Below, one piece after another: positions 25,021 through 37,135 of a DNA stretch of 64,000 nucleotides; within the stretch, counting starts at the first letter, position 1, and every line of letters begins with the position of its first letter. Location of the stretch: the NCBI RefSeq assembly GCF_001194135.2, contig NC_068982.1, forward strand, positions 146,773,320 to 146,837,319, read 5' to 3'. The notes beneath the pieces are model-generated. The model had not been told where the DNA came from. It did not search any database and saw only the letters and a list, made by a program, of their open reading frames with translations. Made by a program: the position numbers and the translations under genes. Source of the DNA: Octopus bimaculoides. Taxonomy: Eukaryota.

Positions 25021-26572
25021 ACACGTATATAAAATATAGTTTTCTCGATTACTAATATGCATAAATACACTCACGGATGATTTTATATATCTATAAATTG
25101 TAAAATATGCATGTGAAATACTATTAACCATTAGCGTGTTATTAGAATAAACTCGTATTCTCATATTTAAATACAAGTGATCATTAGCAGATTAATAAAT
25201 TTCTATTAGTATTTTTAAACGCACGAAAATATGTACATCTGAATTCAAGATATGTTTGTAGTTTAACTTATGATAAATATATTTGATATCTACACTACTT
25301 TGGCGATTTCCTGTAGCTATCTCCATAAGTTTAAATTTTATGCTCGCCTTGAAACACTGCTTTGGCAGAAGTTCTTCGTCGATCGACGATGAAAATTCAA
25401 TTGTTCGGACTTCTGAATTACTCGCTTCTCCATTAATGTTTAATTGTCGAAGTATTTTACGGACGCATGTACCCCTAATACAATTCTGAAGCAGTATCCG
25501 CATGACAAAAAAGCGTTGTCTAGACCATATTTTTCTGCAATTCTTAGTAAGAAACTATTCCTCGAAGCCATAAGGTTTTATTACTATCTACAGCCTTGAT
25601 TTCGAAAGTGCCATGGATATGTGAAACACTTAATTATCGTAATTGTCCATCTTGTGTCAAGGAGATACAGACAACCATTTGGCTCTCCCAATATAACATC
25701 CGGGACAAGAACACTAATGACGTGCTATCGGAGTTAGTAACTAAAGTACCATCTCAAAAATATGAAAGCCTATGTTGACCTCGGCTATATTTGAACTCAA
25801 AACGCAGAGAACCGTAATAAACTACGCTCTTACAATTTAATGATTTATTTCTATGTATTAAAAAAAGTATGGGATTTCGAATTTCTTACTTGTCATGAAT
25901 TTAGACGCTGTATGTTCCCGTGTTCGGAGATACTAATGTAAAATATACTTTTAAAATATATGTATGTAGGATTCTGTCTCCGTTAACTTAACTTTTTGAT
26001 AGTAGAAATTTGTGTTACATTTCTGGGTGTTGACATAAAAGTCATACCTGTTTCGTTGAAAACTGAAGAAGAAGGAATATGTTATATGGTGTTAAGCCAT
26101 TTCGATTTATAATCATTACGAAAGAAAGAAATAATGATGGGAAAGTGGAAGAAGTTTGTTTGGAAGAAAAAGCAAGGCAATAGAATGAAAGAAGGAAAAA
26201 CATAGGGAATAAGACAGTTTCAATCATGTATATATATATAAATCGGTCTTACTAGCTTATCATATGTCCATTAGGTTTTTTATTTGAATAAAAGCCTGAA
26301 TAAAAGCCACAAATTGTTGACGTTTGAAGGGGAAAATGCATGTAGTATTTATACCACTGGCGACACGTTGGTCAATGGAAATGATGGGGCTTCTGATTTT
26401 CCTTTTCATTAAGAACTTGTGGCAAAGGAAGCTAACTATCTTAATACGGAAAATGTACTCATACTCGCGAGAGAGAAATAAATATCGAAAGAACGAGAAA
26501 AAAAATAGTACAAAATCGAAGAACAATTAACAGAAAAAAAAAATCAACAAAAGCGAAACCTGATATACTCAC

Positions 26573-26654
26573 GGTCAAAGATATCAGTTTATTAGTTCGG
26601 TGCTCAGAGAAATGGAATGCGTAAACTTTTAGAAGTTTCAGACATTGTTTTTCT
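26573..26654 (-). other. Candidate 82-nt spliced exon (UTR, lncRNA or coding)
   Basis: Minus strand has a pyrimidine tract ttcctcttctctttctaccctacac, then AAG acceptor and CC|GTGAGTAT donor. One frame is open (EKQCLKLLKVYAFHFSEHRTNKLISLT); another holds the uORF MSETSKSLRIPFL*. Confidence 0.3.
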
Positions 26655-26781
26655 CTTAGGTATAAAGTGTAGGGTAGAAAGAGAAGAGGAATACTACGGC
26701 GAAAAATCTATGTGTGTGTATGCATGCATGTGTATATGTGCACGTGTGTATGTGTGTGTGTATGTGTGCGTGTATATGTAT

Positions 26782-26947
26782 ATACGACGGGCTTCTTTAG
26801 TTTTCATCTACCAATTCTTTTCATAAGGTTTAGGTTGACTCAGAGCTATAGTAAAAAACGTTCTTCCAAGATGCAGTGCAATGAGACTGAACCCGTAGTC
26901 ATGTGGCTGGGAAATAAGCATCTTATAGCACAACCACAACTGCGCCT
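26782..26947 (-). mobile_element. SINE family A head plus core
   Basis: atacgacgggcttctttagtttt..gctatagta..ccaagatgcagtgcaatgagactgaaccc matches 36250-36407. Confidence 0.8.
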
Positions 26948-26960
26948 TCTTACACTTTAT

Positions 26961-27015
<55 letters not shown>

Positions 27016-27179
27016 GAGCTAGACAGACAAACAGACACACACACAGATAAAGAGATATATATTAGATAGATAGGTTGATAGATTGAGACAGGATAAGAGA
27101 TAGAGATAGAGAACAGTGACGGCGGTGACGACGATGACAACGATGACGGCGATGATGGTGATGATGACGATATCGTTGC

Positions 27180-27244
<65 letters not shown>

Positions 27245-27589
27245 TTACAATATGAATGAAACCAAGATAAAAGATAAAAAAAGTACGATTCGAAGAGTAA
27301 GGTGATTGTGAGAGAAATATAAATCATGTATCATATATATAACACAATACAATGTGTAACAGAAGAGGGTCAAGGTTTACGACAGACATTATTTCATCTT
27401 TAAAATTCTTCAAATATATCGCTGTTATATCAAAGAATGTACTTGTCAAGCGATAAACGTTATAATATACCCCCTAAAGCACTACATTTATGCTTTCCAA
27501 CACATTGTAAATTTGTAAATTAAGCTGACATTAATACCGTCACAGTGCAAACCCTCGGGGGATGGTTGTCACTTTTTATTTTTACTGTC

Positions 27590-27800
27590 CTTTGTTGTTA
27601 CCGACAGTTCTCTAGCTTCAAGCGGAAGTTGAACGTAGCAGTTCTCTATCTTCCGGTTCGTATGACTTAAGTCAATATTTGGTCCCAGCCAGCCTTCCGA
27701 CCGACTCAGATCGTAATCGTTGTGCTATTGTTTCCTCTGTCACGCCTGTTTCACGATTGTTAATTTTTTACGTGCGAGTGTTTTGGCCGGAATCAACATA
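27590..27800. promoter_or_regulatory. CpG-retaining island with ETS-type motifs; possible promoter
   Basis: GCGGAAGT (27622-29), CTTCCGGT (27650-57), duplicated cagttctcta (27605, 27639) and locally raised CpG. Confidence 0.3.
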
Positions 27801-28384
27801 TAAATAAAATGCCTGTAGCTATTTGATACCCATTTAATACATTAAGACGAACTCTTTTATGAGAATCGTCACAAGCGCTTTCTCTTCGTTAACTTATTTT
27901 TAGAATAGCATTCTTATTTTCATTTTGATACTTTCCTTTCTTTTTAAAAAAATTCTCATGGGAATTAAAAGCAGAGAATCTGTGATCATTTTATGTGCTT
28001 TTCTATGTATTTCCTCTTGTTCCTGTAATTAATTTATGTCCGAAATGTACTGTCTGCAAAAAGGACTATTTTTATTTGTTGATATCGTAAATGTTTTATG
28101 TACTGTTAAAAGAAATAATGCTAAAATCTAAAGGAAATCGTAGAATCCTTCACAAGCGACGCCATAGAACGACCGAGTCTACAGAGTTGTTGTTGTTGTT
28201 ATTGTTTTGCTCCAGCTTTTGCTTACATGGAAAGATGAAATAGAGAGCATCTGGAAAAGCAAAAATTTACAGGATAAAGCCATAATAGAAATGCAGCGCA
28301 TAAATGGAAGAAAGACGGAGGAAATTTCTTTGAAAAAACGATAGAAATGAATTTTTTCTAATTTTGGCATAAGACAAGCATTTC

Positions 28385-28540
28385 TGAGGAGAAGCGAAAA
28401 GTCGACTACAAACTACCCAGTAATTGGCGAGTACTTTATTATATCGACCTCGGTGGCATTTGAACTCAGAAAGTAAAGAGCCGGGAAAAATTCCACCAAA
28501 CACTGTCTGACGCGCTAACGATTCTGCTAGCTCGCTGCCT
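28385..28540 (-). mobile_element. SINE family B, degenerate
   Basis: atcgacctcggtggcatttgaactcagaa..gcgctaacgattctgctagctcgc. Confidence 0.75.
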
Positions 28541-28625
28541 GGAGGCGGTGGGGGTGGGGGACTAAAAGAGAAAGTAACATGAAAAGATATTTGGTATATG
28601 GTAGATAATTTCATGACCAAAGGGG

Positions 28626-28702
28626 TCTTTAAGAATATTTTCTATCTTTAGTCTTCCACACCAAAGAGGTGTGGAAGACAAACATAGAAAATATTATGAA
28701 GA
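28626..28702. other. ~33-bp stem hairpin with 5-nt loop
   Basis: gtcttccacacc/ggtgtggaagac (12 bp perfect), ttt/aaa, aatattttctat/atagaaaatatt (12 bp perfect), and basal tcttta/tgaaga. Confidence 0.85.
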
Positions 28703-28708
28703 GAAGTA

Positions 28709-29029
28709 CAGTAGAACCACAGTTTTCGAACGCCTGTCATCACGAACACATCGGTTTACGAACAATTTTTCAAACATAAAACTTCTTGGGTGACAAACGT
28801 TGTCTCGGATAACGAACGCACAAGCTGGCAACAACGGTTGTTGACGAGCTGAGAGTATCAGCGGGAGAGGGTCAGTTGCTCTCTAACTTTCACTCAGTGC
28901 ACATTCCCGCACGAAATTGCTGTGCTGTCACTTGCATTTCCAACGGGAAAAATAGTTTCGGTTTACGAATATTTCGGTTGATGAACCTCCTTCAAGATCG
29001 AATTAAATTCTTAAACCGAGGTTCCACTG
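28709..29029. mobile_element. Tigger/pogo-like MITE (321 bp)
   Basis: TA-cagtagaaccacagttttcgaa ... ttcttaaaccgaggttccactg-TA, with internal ggtttacgaa subterminal repeats. Confidence 0.85.
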
Positions 29030-29194
29030 TAAATGAGATCACTGAACTGATAGGTGGGGAAAAGCTGCAAATTAGTAAAAGACACACGAAAAGAAAATGA
29101 AGCAAGAGCATTTCGAATTGAAGAAGAACCCCACAAAAGAACCAAAAGTATTTCAACGGGTAGGGGCTGTACGCTAGTATATCTATGTGTGTAC

Positions 29195-29228
<34 letters not shown>

Positions 29229-29270
29229 ATGCGTGTGCATGTGTGTTTGAGTGTGTATGAATGTGCATGT

Positions 29271-29316
<46 letters not shown>

Positions 29317-29565
29317 CACGAAATTGTGTTTGACCCTCTGGTCGATAACTGATGAGGATTTGGTGACCTTCTGTATGTGTTTTCCTTTAGTTTGTGCATT
29401 TATTATGTTTTACCTTTTATGTGTGTGTGTGTGTGTTGCATGTATGAATCCGCACACATATAAACACACTCAAACACACGCATGTGCGCACGTATAGGAA
29501 CATGCAATCATAAATTATTCATGGGTAAAAATAATAATGTTAACAACAACAACAACAACAACAAC

Positions 29566-29608
<43 letters not shown>

Positions 29609-29771
29609 NNNNNNNNNNNNNNNNNNNNNNNNNNNNNNNNNNNNNNNNNNNNNNNNNNNNNNNNNNNNNNNNNNNNNNNNNNNNNNNNNNNNNNNNNNNN
29701 NNNNNNNNNNNNNNNNNNNNNNNNNNNNNNNNNNNNNNNNNNNNNNNNNNNNNNNNNNNNNNNNNNNTAAT

Positions 29772-29975
29772 AATCCTTTCTACTATAGGCACAAAGCCTG
29801 AAATTCGGGGGAAAAGTCGATTACATCGACCTCAGTACGCAACTGGTACTTATTTTATCGACCCCCGAAAGGATGAAAGGCGAAGTCGACCTTGGTGGTA
29901 TTTGAATTCACAAAGTAGCAGCAGACGAAATACCGCTATGTATTTCGCCCGGCGTGCTAACCATTCTGCCAGCTC
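29772..29975 (-). mobile_element. SINE family B, full length
   Basis: ctggtacttattttatcgacccccgaaaggatgaaaggcgaagtcgacc..gacgaaataccgct..cgcccggcgtgctaaccattctgccagctc. Confidence 0.9.
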
Positions 29976-30022
<47 letters not shown>

Positions 30023-30024
<2 letters not shown>

Positions 30025-30180
30025 TGCCATACCAGTGATTGTAGGATCTCTAGGAATGATAAAAAAAAGTACTGAAACCTATTTGAAAATGATACCAGGC
30101 TTACCATCCCTACAGGAAGTGCAAAAAATCGTGATAACTGGAACGACTCATGTACTGAGAAGATCATTACCGCTGTGAAA
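30023..30180 (+). mobile_element. R4/Dong-type non-LTR element 3' end (REL C-terminus), 5'-truncated, abutting (AAT)n
   Basis: IPVIVGSLGMIKKSTETYLKMIPGLPSLQEVQKIVITGTTHVLRRSLPL*, directly after about 15 AAT units. Confidence 0.75.
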
Positions 30181-30469
30181 ACAACATCCATTCATGAATT
30201 TTTTTTTTCTTAAATACATGTTTTACCTGTGAATTTGCGTGTGTAAACTGGGAATGCATACAACGAGTTTCTCTGCCCTAGGTGAACGGAAAAAACAATA
30301 ACAAATTAGGCAAATAATCTCGGAACACTAAATTCACAACTCCAACAAAAGTGCTGCCCCAGCAACAAATCGACAAACAAAAGTGAAAACAGCAGCAAGA
30401 ACAAGAAGAGAATCATCAATCGAAACACAAAATTGATTAATTAATTAATTAATAATACCGTAACAACAT

Positions 30470-31271
30470 ATTAACAATAATAATAAAAGCAACGGTGACA
30501 AAAACAACAACAACGGCAACAACGGTAACAACATGAAGAAGACTAGGAGCAATAACGACAGCAAAAACAACATCCGATACTACAATACTAACAACGTTAA
30601 GTTCATCAGTAAAAATAACTACAAAAATAACGACGGCGATAAGGCAGCAATAAAAATAGTAAAATTGGCAATAGCAACAACAACAACAATAGCAACAACA
30701 ACAAAAATAACAGCAACAAAGACAACGACGACCATGATACAAAAGAAACTATCACTTTTTATTTTTATTTTTAGAAGATTTAGGTGTTTTGTAATGTAGA
30801 TAAAAAACAAAAAAAAAGGAAAGCAGCTGGTCTGTTGTGGATGTCCTTCTTAAAACCTGTTGGCGACATCCTGACAAGACAATATGACAGACTGGCGCCT
30901 GTCTCCATGTGTCTGCGCTGGTTTTCTCTGCCCCTGGGCGATGATGCAGCCACTATAGGCAAAGACGGAACAATGTGTGTACTGNNNNNNNNNNATATAT
31001 AAATACATATATAAATATATATATAAATATATGTGTGTGTGGGGGTGGGGAATGTGCGTGCACAGGCACATAGACATGAATATACACATGTAGGGACATG
31101 AATAAATGCACGCACATAAATACGCAGTCAGACATATAGCTGAATAAATAGCATCACTGGCCCAGTGGAGAGAAAAATAAAGGATAATTATGATGACGGT
31201 GCGGTTGATGATGGGACGTATGATGATGGTGTTGTTGTTGTTGTTGCTGTCGTTGTTGCTGCTGCTGCTGC

Positions 31272-31302
<31 letters not shown>

Positions 31303-31440
31303 GATCATCATGACGACGATGGTGATGGTGATGATGATGACGACGACAACGACGATGACGACGACGACGACGACGACAATGATGAAGATGAAGAGAAAGC
31401 GGAGTAGAGAGGAGGAGGACGACAACAAGAAGTCTAAAGT
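30470..31440. repeat. AAC/GAC-rich and GTT/GAT/GAC trinucleotide fields
   Basis: Directly visible at 30470-30740 and 31190-31440. Confidence 0.85.
30822..30984 (-). mobile_element. Possible R2/Hero-like CCHC-REL remnant
   Basis: GC-rich island with broken SGCIIAQG / TWR / IVLSGC..QVLRR pieces resembling HILSGC..QGRYTWRHxQVL. Frame shifts are needed to see it. Confidence 0.25.
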
Positions 31441-31869
31441 ACAGGGGAGGAGGTAGAAGAGGAGGGAGAGAGATAGAGAGGAAGAAGAATACGAAGAAAA
31501 GAGAGGAAGAGAAGAAGAATGACACCGACTAGGTAGGAGAGTTGGCGGTGGTGGTGGCAGTTTTAGCTGAAGCAGCTGGATATTGATAATTATGATTGCA
31601 TCATCAGATAAAAAGTAATAATATTAAATAAATAAGTAAATGAATAAATAAATAAACTACTCTACTGACATACCAACCTAAGAGTAATTCTTAACTTTGG
31701 CACAAACCTTTGACTTCTAGGGATGGTGTTTTACAGTTCGTTTCCATTGATTTCATCGATGAGATCGGAAGTGAATTTCGATGCCAGTTTAATTCATGAC
31801 GGAAAGGTCGTGGTTCTTTTCTACTCTAGGTACAAGGCTCGAAATTTTTAGAGAAGTGGCCAGTCGATT

Positions 31870-32490
31870 AGATCTTAGTGTGAAGATAAACGACTTCTTG
31901 GAGAAAGCAATGAGAGTGTGGGAAATGGAAGTGACATGCGAAAATGAATCACTGGAGGACGTAAAAGTGCGAAGGGACATTTTTCTGAGAGAGTTGCTCT
32001 CTCCGTTATTTTTTCGTCATTACGTTAATCCTCTTGACAAGTATACAGCGAATATCCAGGCCTACATATGAGTTTAGCAATGCCAAGATGAAAATAAAAG
32101 CCAAGATGATGAGATAATGGAAAAATGAACGAGAGAGAAAAAGTGAATGAGAGGAGAATTAGGAAGGTGCATGAAACGAAATTACACGAAGGGAATATCA
32201 CTAAAGTCATAAATACTTGGACTATGCCAGTAATAAGATACTCTGCTCCCTTTCTGAAATAGACAAAGGTCGAATACAGTGCTGGGATAGAACGAGAAAG
32301 CTGCTCACAATGCACAACGTGCTCCACCCAAGAAGTAATACCACTTGACTCTACCTACCAAGAAAGGAAGGCGGCAGAATATTATTAAACGCAGAAGACA
32401 CGCTTAGTACTATGAAACTGGGTCTGAAAAATTATGTTGGGCAGCCAGAGAGAGCGAAAAGTTGACTGAAGCAGTAGGAAAATTGAAAGA
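31870..32490 (+). mobile_element. R4/Dong-type RT plus thumb fragment, old
   Basis: FLEKAMRVWEMEV..VKVRRDIFLRELLSPLFF, then RRIRKVHETKLHEGNITKVINTWTMPVIRYSA..RKLLTMHNVLHPRS..LYLPRKEGGR. Confidence 0.75.
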
Positions 32491-32584
32491 GAAAAAGAAG
32501 AAAAACAGGGATCATACGGCTGTAAAGATCAGCTACTGATTGATAAAGCCTTAACTGAAGACAGTCGCAGAAAGAAGGGTCAAA

Positions 32585-32912
32585 TTATGGCTTGAATCGG
32601 TTATCAAAATGCTTTTGATAGTATTCCCCAGACATGGATCTTAGAAACACTAGCCATGAACAAAGTAGCACCAATAATCATAATATATATATGTAACATG
32701 CCATGAATAAATGGCAGACAGTGCTACAGCTCCAGACAGAAGAGGAAGTCATAAGCACCAAAGCAATCTCCCTTAAAAGAGGAATATTCCAGGGAGACAC
32801 GCTCTCTCCACTCCTTTTCTGCTTAGCACTGATACCTTTATCTGACAGGCTAAACAGATTTGGATGTAGATACAACTGTTACGGCAAAATAATCAACCAT
32901 CTCTTGCATATT
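32585..32912 (+). mobile_element. R4/Dong-type RT fragment, younger
   Basis: YQNAFDSIPQTWILETL, then MNKWQTVLQL..SLKRGIFQGDTLSPLLFCLALIPLSDRLN..KIINHLLH. Confidence 0.85.
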
Positions 32913-33624
32913 AATATCCAAGTACCGGAATGAGACCCTGAGAGACCTCTGACAGCAGGCTGCTGTCCGCTCTCACAGAATCTATCAGAACAAACAAGAC
33001 CAAACGTTCTGAGAAGTAAAACAACAACAACAACAACAACGACGACGACGACGCCAACGAGGAGGAGATGATGAAGAAGAAGAAGAAGAAGATGATGATG
33101 ATGATGATGAAGAGGAAGAATGTTAACGAGCATTATTCTACGATATATATATTAAACACTGAAGTCGTTATCAACATGCACAGAACAATTCAGAGCGACA
33201 CGGATTCCAACGAGGTGTGTTCGTTTTTCATGCGGCAATACTTGCCGAGGAGAGTTGAGGCAATAGCCAGAAGTCGAAATCATGATCTAAGTATATCCAA
33301 TTCTTCATCCTACAGCTTTGATCTGTGAGGATTTTTGATAATCCTTACTCACTTGCCCGATTTCTGCTGATCCGTTGTATTTTTGGGTGTAATTCGGTGC
33401 TTTACTTGAGGATTTATGGCTCCTCTTTCTAGCATGTAGGCACCCCGTGTGCTCTCTATTGTAATTATAGTTAATTATAATTATAATCATAAATTTTATT
33501 CTCTAGCTATTTAACGCTATTATTACTTGTCGTCACCTATATTTTTGTTGTTATCATTTATTTAAATTTACCGCTGGTAATAATAAGAGAAATATCTATA
33601 TAAATATTCATTTGAATATTTACT

Positions 33625-33656
<32 letters not shown>

Positions 33657-33719
33657 NNNNNNNNNNNNNNNNNNNNNNNNNNNNNNNNNNNNNNTGTGTG
33701 TGTGTGTGTGTGTGTGTCC

Positions 33720-34743
33720 TTGAGTACTCCCCAATAGACAAAATCCATTAAGGTCAAGTCAGGTGGACGTGCTGGCTAATCAATTGGACTGGACCTCTTC
33801 GGCCAATCCATTTCTCAGGAAATGTTTCATCACGGACTGCTCTTGAATAATATAGAGGGGCCCCATCTTGTTGGAAATAAAAGTCACGTGAATTAGGTTG
33901 TTGTTTCAACCGTGGAGCAACTTGATTCATTAGAATTTTGAGAGAATTATCGCATGTGACCGTTCTATTAAAAAATATGGGTCCTAAAACACCAGAACTG
34001 GAAATGCCACCCCAAAAAATGACACCAGGCTGGTTTTTCTGCTGCTCTAATGTTAAATGCATGTTTTCACTATACCAGCAAATACAATTATGTCTGTTAG
34101 TATGACCGAATAATTTGAAAGAGGCTTCATAGGACCACACAATGTTATCTAAGATTATTGGATTTTCTTCAGTATCGTTCAGCATTATCTCACTGAATTG
34201 CAGCCACCTCTCTGGGTCATCCTCTAATAAGACATGAATTAGTCGTGGACGATAAGCTTTTAACCCAATAGATTTCAGGATTCGAATAATAGAGGGTCGT
34301 GAAATGCTTAATTCCAAAGAGGCTCTCCTGGTGGACTTTTTTGGACTGTGAACAAATGCTTCGGTGACAAGTTGTTTATGATTCTCTATACAGACTGTTT
34401 TGGGTCGACCAGTTTTTGGAGCATTAAGAATTGAGTCAGTGGCATCGAATTTGTCACGAATGCGGTAAATGGTTTGTCTCTTTGGGGCTTGAGTACCAAA
34501 TGTTTCAACCCTTTTTGTTCTAACGGTTTCAGCATTTTGTAATTTCCAATACTCTTTTGACACCCATTTTCTTTTATCAGTATTTAAATTATTTGCCATA
34601 GTGGGTTCTCTGAATTATCTGAAAACAGATTAATTTAGATATATTTAGCTAAAAAATTTAAAAGAATATTGCACAAATAACATAGTCATAACTGATACAC
34701 AAATCTATTCCGCCTACTGTCCACTTACTTTTGGACCACTCTG
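33720..34743 (-). mobile_element. rosa/DD41D-type Tc1/mariner-superfamily transposon, 3'-truncated
   Basis: TA (34744-45), then left end cagagtggtccaaaagtaagtgg. The transposase runs up to a (CA)n tract and gap; no right TIR is seen. Confidence 0.85.
33722..34599 (-). pseudogene. DD41D-type transposase pseudogene
   Basis: 281-codon open frame with HTH, RGRP-like KTGRP, WS(Y)EASF, NRHNC, FQQDGAP and WIGRRGP. After a frameshift it continues PARPPDLTLMDFVYWGVLK. Confidence 0.88.
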
Positions 34744-35138
34744 TATATATATATATATCTATATACACTTACACATTTACATAAACGTGTCCATACGTTT
34801 GAATATATAAATGCTAAACGCTCAATGTGTGTGCGTGTGCTCAGTGACATGTGTATGAGTGGGTGTGTACGTCTGTGTATGTGGGAGTGTGTCTGCGTCA
34901 ATTTGCATGCACCTGACTAGTTATACTTATTGTTTCATTACATGCTACGATGAAGTGGTAGCCGCTTTATCAATTAGAATAATACCAGTAATTTATACGC
35001 ATACGCATAATTACCTTTGGTAATTACCTTTCTTCTGCTCATAATATTTATACGCATACATCGGTAAAGTGTATATTAATGTCTGCATATCTATGAGTGA
35101 GATAGGAAGTATAACAGAGTAAGAAAGAAAAATTGTCA

Positions 35139-35192
35139 GAGAGAAAGAGACTCAACGAGAGAAAGAGACTCAACGAGAGAAAGAGACTCAAC
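35139..35192. repeat. 18-bp minisatellite x3 (gagagaaagagactcaac)
   Basis: Three exact tandem copies running into (GA)n. Confidence 0.9.
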
Positions 35193-35201
35193 GAGAGAAA
35201 G

Positions 35202-35244
<43 letters not shown>

Positions 35245-36019
35245 CAGGGAAGAAAAGTTATCTTAATATCCTAGGGATTATTAAGTAAGGAAGATGTTTG
35301 GTCGTATGTATTTCGTGCTAATCCTTTATTGCTTCTAATTACTTAATCCGTATCCTCTCCTCTCACCCTCTTTCTTTTCCTTACTCTAATATACACGCAC
35401 AAGCACACAACACAAATACGTATGTACGCAGGCTCAAACTTCGTCTAAATGTATGTGTCTTCATATATATNNNNNNNNNNNNNNNNNNNNNNNNNNNNNN
35501 NNNNNNNNNNNNNNNNNNNNNNNNNNNNNNNNNNNNNNNNNNNNNNNNNNNNNNNNNNNNNNNNNNNNNNNNNNNNNNNNNNNNNNNNNNNNNNNNNNNN
35601 NNNNNNNNNNNNNNNNNNNNNNNNNNNNNNNNNNNNNNNNNNNNNNNNNNNNNNNNNNNNNNNNNNNNNNNNNNNNNNNNNNNNNNNNNNNNNNNNNNNN
35701 NNNNNNNNNNNNNNNNNNNNNNNNNNNNNNNNNNNNNNNNNNNNNNNNNNNNNNNNNNNNNNNNNNNNNNNNNNNNNNNNNNNNNNNNNNNNNNNNNNNN
35801 NNNNNNNNNNNNNNNNNNNNNNNNNNNNNNNNNNNNNNNNNNNNNNNNNNNNNNNNNNNNNNNNNNNNNNNNNNNNNNNNNNNNNNNNNNNNNNNNNNNN
35901 NNNNNNNNNNNNNNNNNNNNNNNNNNNNNNNNNNNNNNNNNNNNNNNNNNNNNNNNNNNCTGGCTTACATCTTCCATTAGATGGGCTAATTATTTTATTT
36001 ATGATATGGTTTCATACTC

Positions 36020-36407
36020 TTTTACTCTTTTACTCTTTTACTTGTTTCAGTCATTTGACTGTGGCTATGCTGGAGCACCACCTTTTATCGATCAAATCGA
36101 CCCCAGGACTTATTCTTTGTAAGCCTAGTACCTATTCTATCGGTCACTTTTTACCGAACCGCTAAGTTACGGAGATGTAGACACACCAGCATCGGTTGTC
36201 AAGCGATGGTGGGGGGACAAACACACACACACACACACATATATACATATATACGACGGGCTTCTTCCAGTTTCCGTCTACCAAATCCACTCACAAGGCT
36301 TTGGTCGGCCCGAGCTATAGTAGAAGACACTTGCCCAAGGTACAACGCAGTGGGACTGAACCCGGAACCATGTGGTTGGTAAGCAAGCTACTTACCACAT
36401 AGCCACT
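36020..36407 (-). mobile_element. SINE family A (OK-like), full length
   Basis: tRNA-like head, ccttgggcaagtgtcttc core, gtgagtggatttggtagacggaaactg, internal (CA)/(TA) run, conserved tail and A-rich end. Confidence 0.92.
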
Positions 36408-36419
36408 TCAGGTATATAA

Positions 36420-37135
36420 TTTTGGATAAATGAGGTTTCTTTATTCAGTCTTACTTCTGTTGGGGTCCAGAAGGCAAGTTAGAAAAAGGGAAAATTTCGA
36501 ATTGTGGTTGTAATCGTTCTGCACATTCGTCAATATGTTGACTGAGATATATTTGGCGATATTGTGGGGAGGAAATTTGTTGTCCGTGGACCGTACATCT
36601 CTTTCGGATCAAAATTTAATGTGTGTGAGCCAATTTAATTTCGATAGCAGCCCGAGCATCTGTTTATGTAAATGAGATTCTGGGCGGCACAAATGAAGCT
36701 AGATTTAATTTTGAATATTTGTCCTTGTTTGAAATGGAATTCCGATCCTTCCAACAGATTGGAACATGTTCCGAAATTAGGGCGACCACACTTCATGACT
36801 CTTGCGTGTGCTGTTCTAGGGAATAGTTTGGTATTGGAGAGAATTTTCTACAATGTCTTAGGCTGTTTGCTGCTCTTAATGATTTTATGGTTACGTAGAA
36901 TCTCCTTACGTTTGGGGTCTCATGGAGTATTGGAAGATTTTGGACGATGATATTGAATGCTTCTTTGTTTCTGGGGTTGTACGTGGAGATATAAGGTAGT
37001 GCTTTGAGGGTAGATGTGTTGTTGCGTTTGGGTTTTCTTAATATTTTTTTCGATGGCCAGATAACTGAAGAGATGGCGGTGTGGGTTTCCTCCCCAACAT
37101 CCGAAATTCGAAGTTTTATCATGGCTACCGAATAA
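36420..37135 (-). mobile_element. Penelope-like element fragment (linker plus GIY-YIG endonuclease)
   Basis: LPYISTYNPRN..IVQNLPILH..KCGRP..CSNLLEG..FKIKSSFICAAQNLIYINRCSGC..IG, matching the PLE linker cysteines and the NLIY..C..C..YIG motif. Confidence 0.8.

Noticed and set aside
22934-25176. Many 100-250 aa YI/MYVC/HT-repeat ORFs here and elsewhere
   Set aside because: Translations of (TA), (TATG) and (CA) microsatellites.
32915-33015. Minus-strand FSER..LLSEVSQGLIP, possible CR1 SGVPQG remnant
   Set aside because: Too short and degenerate to support as a feature.
36410-36460. CTGAATA..GAAAC on the minus strand at the Penelope end
   Set aside because: Lies within the endonuclease coding remnant and has no stem II.
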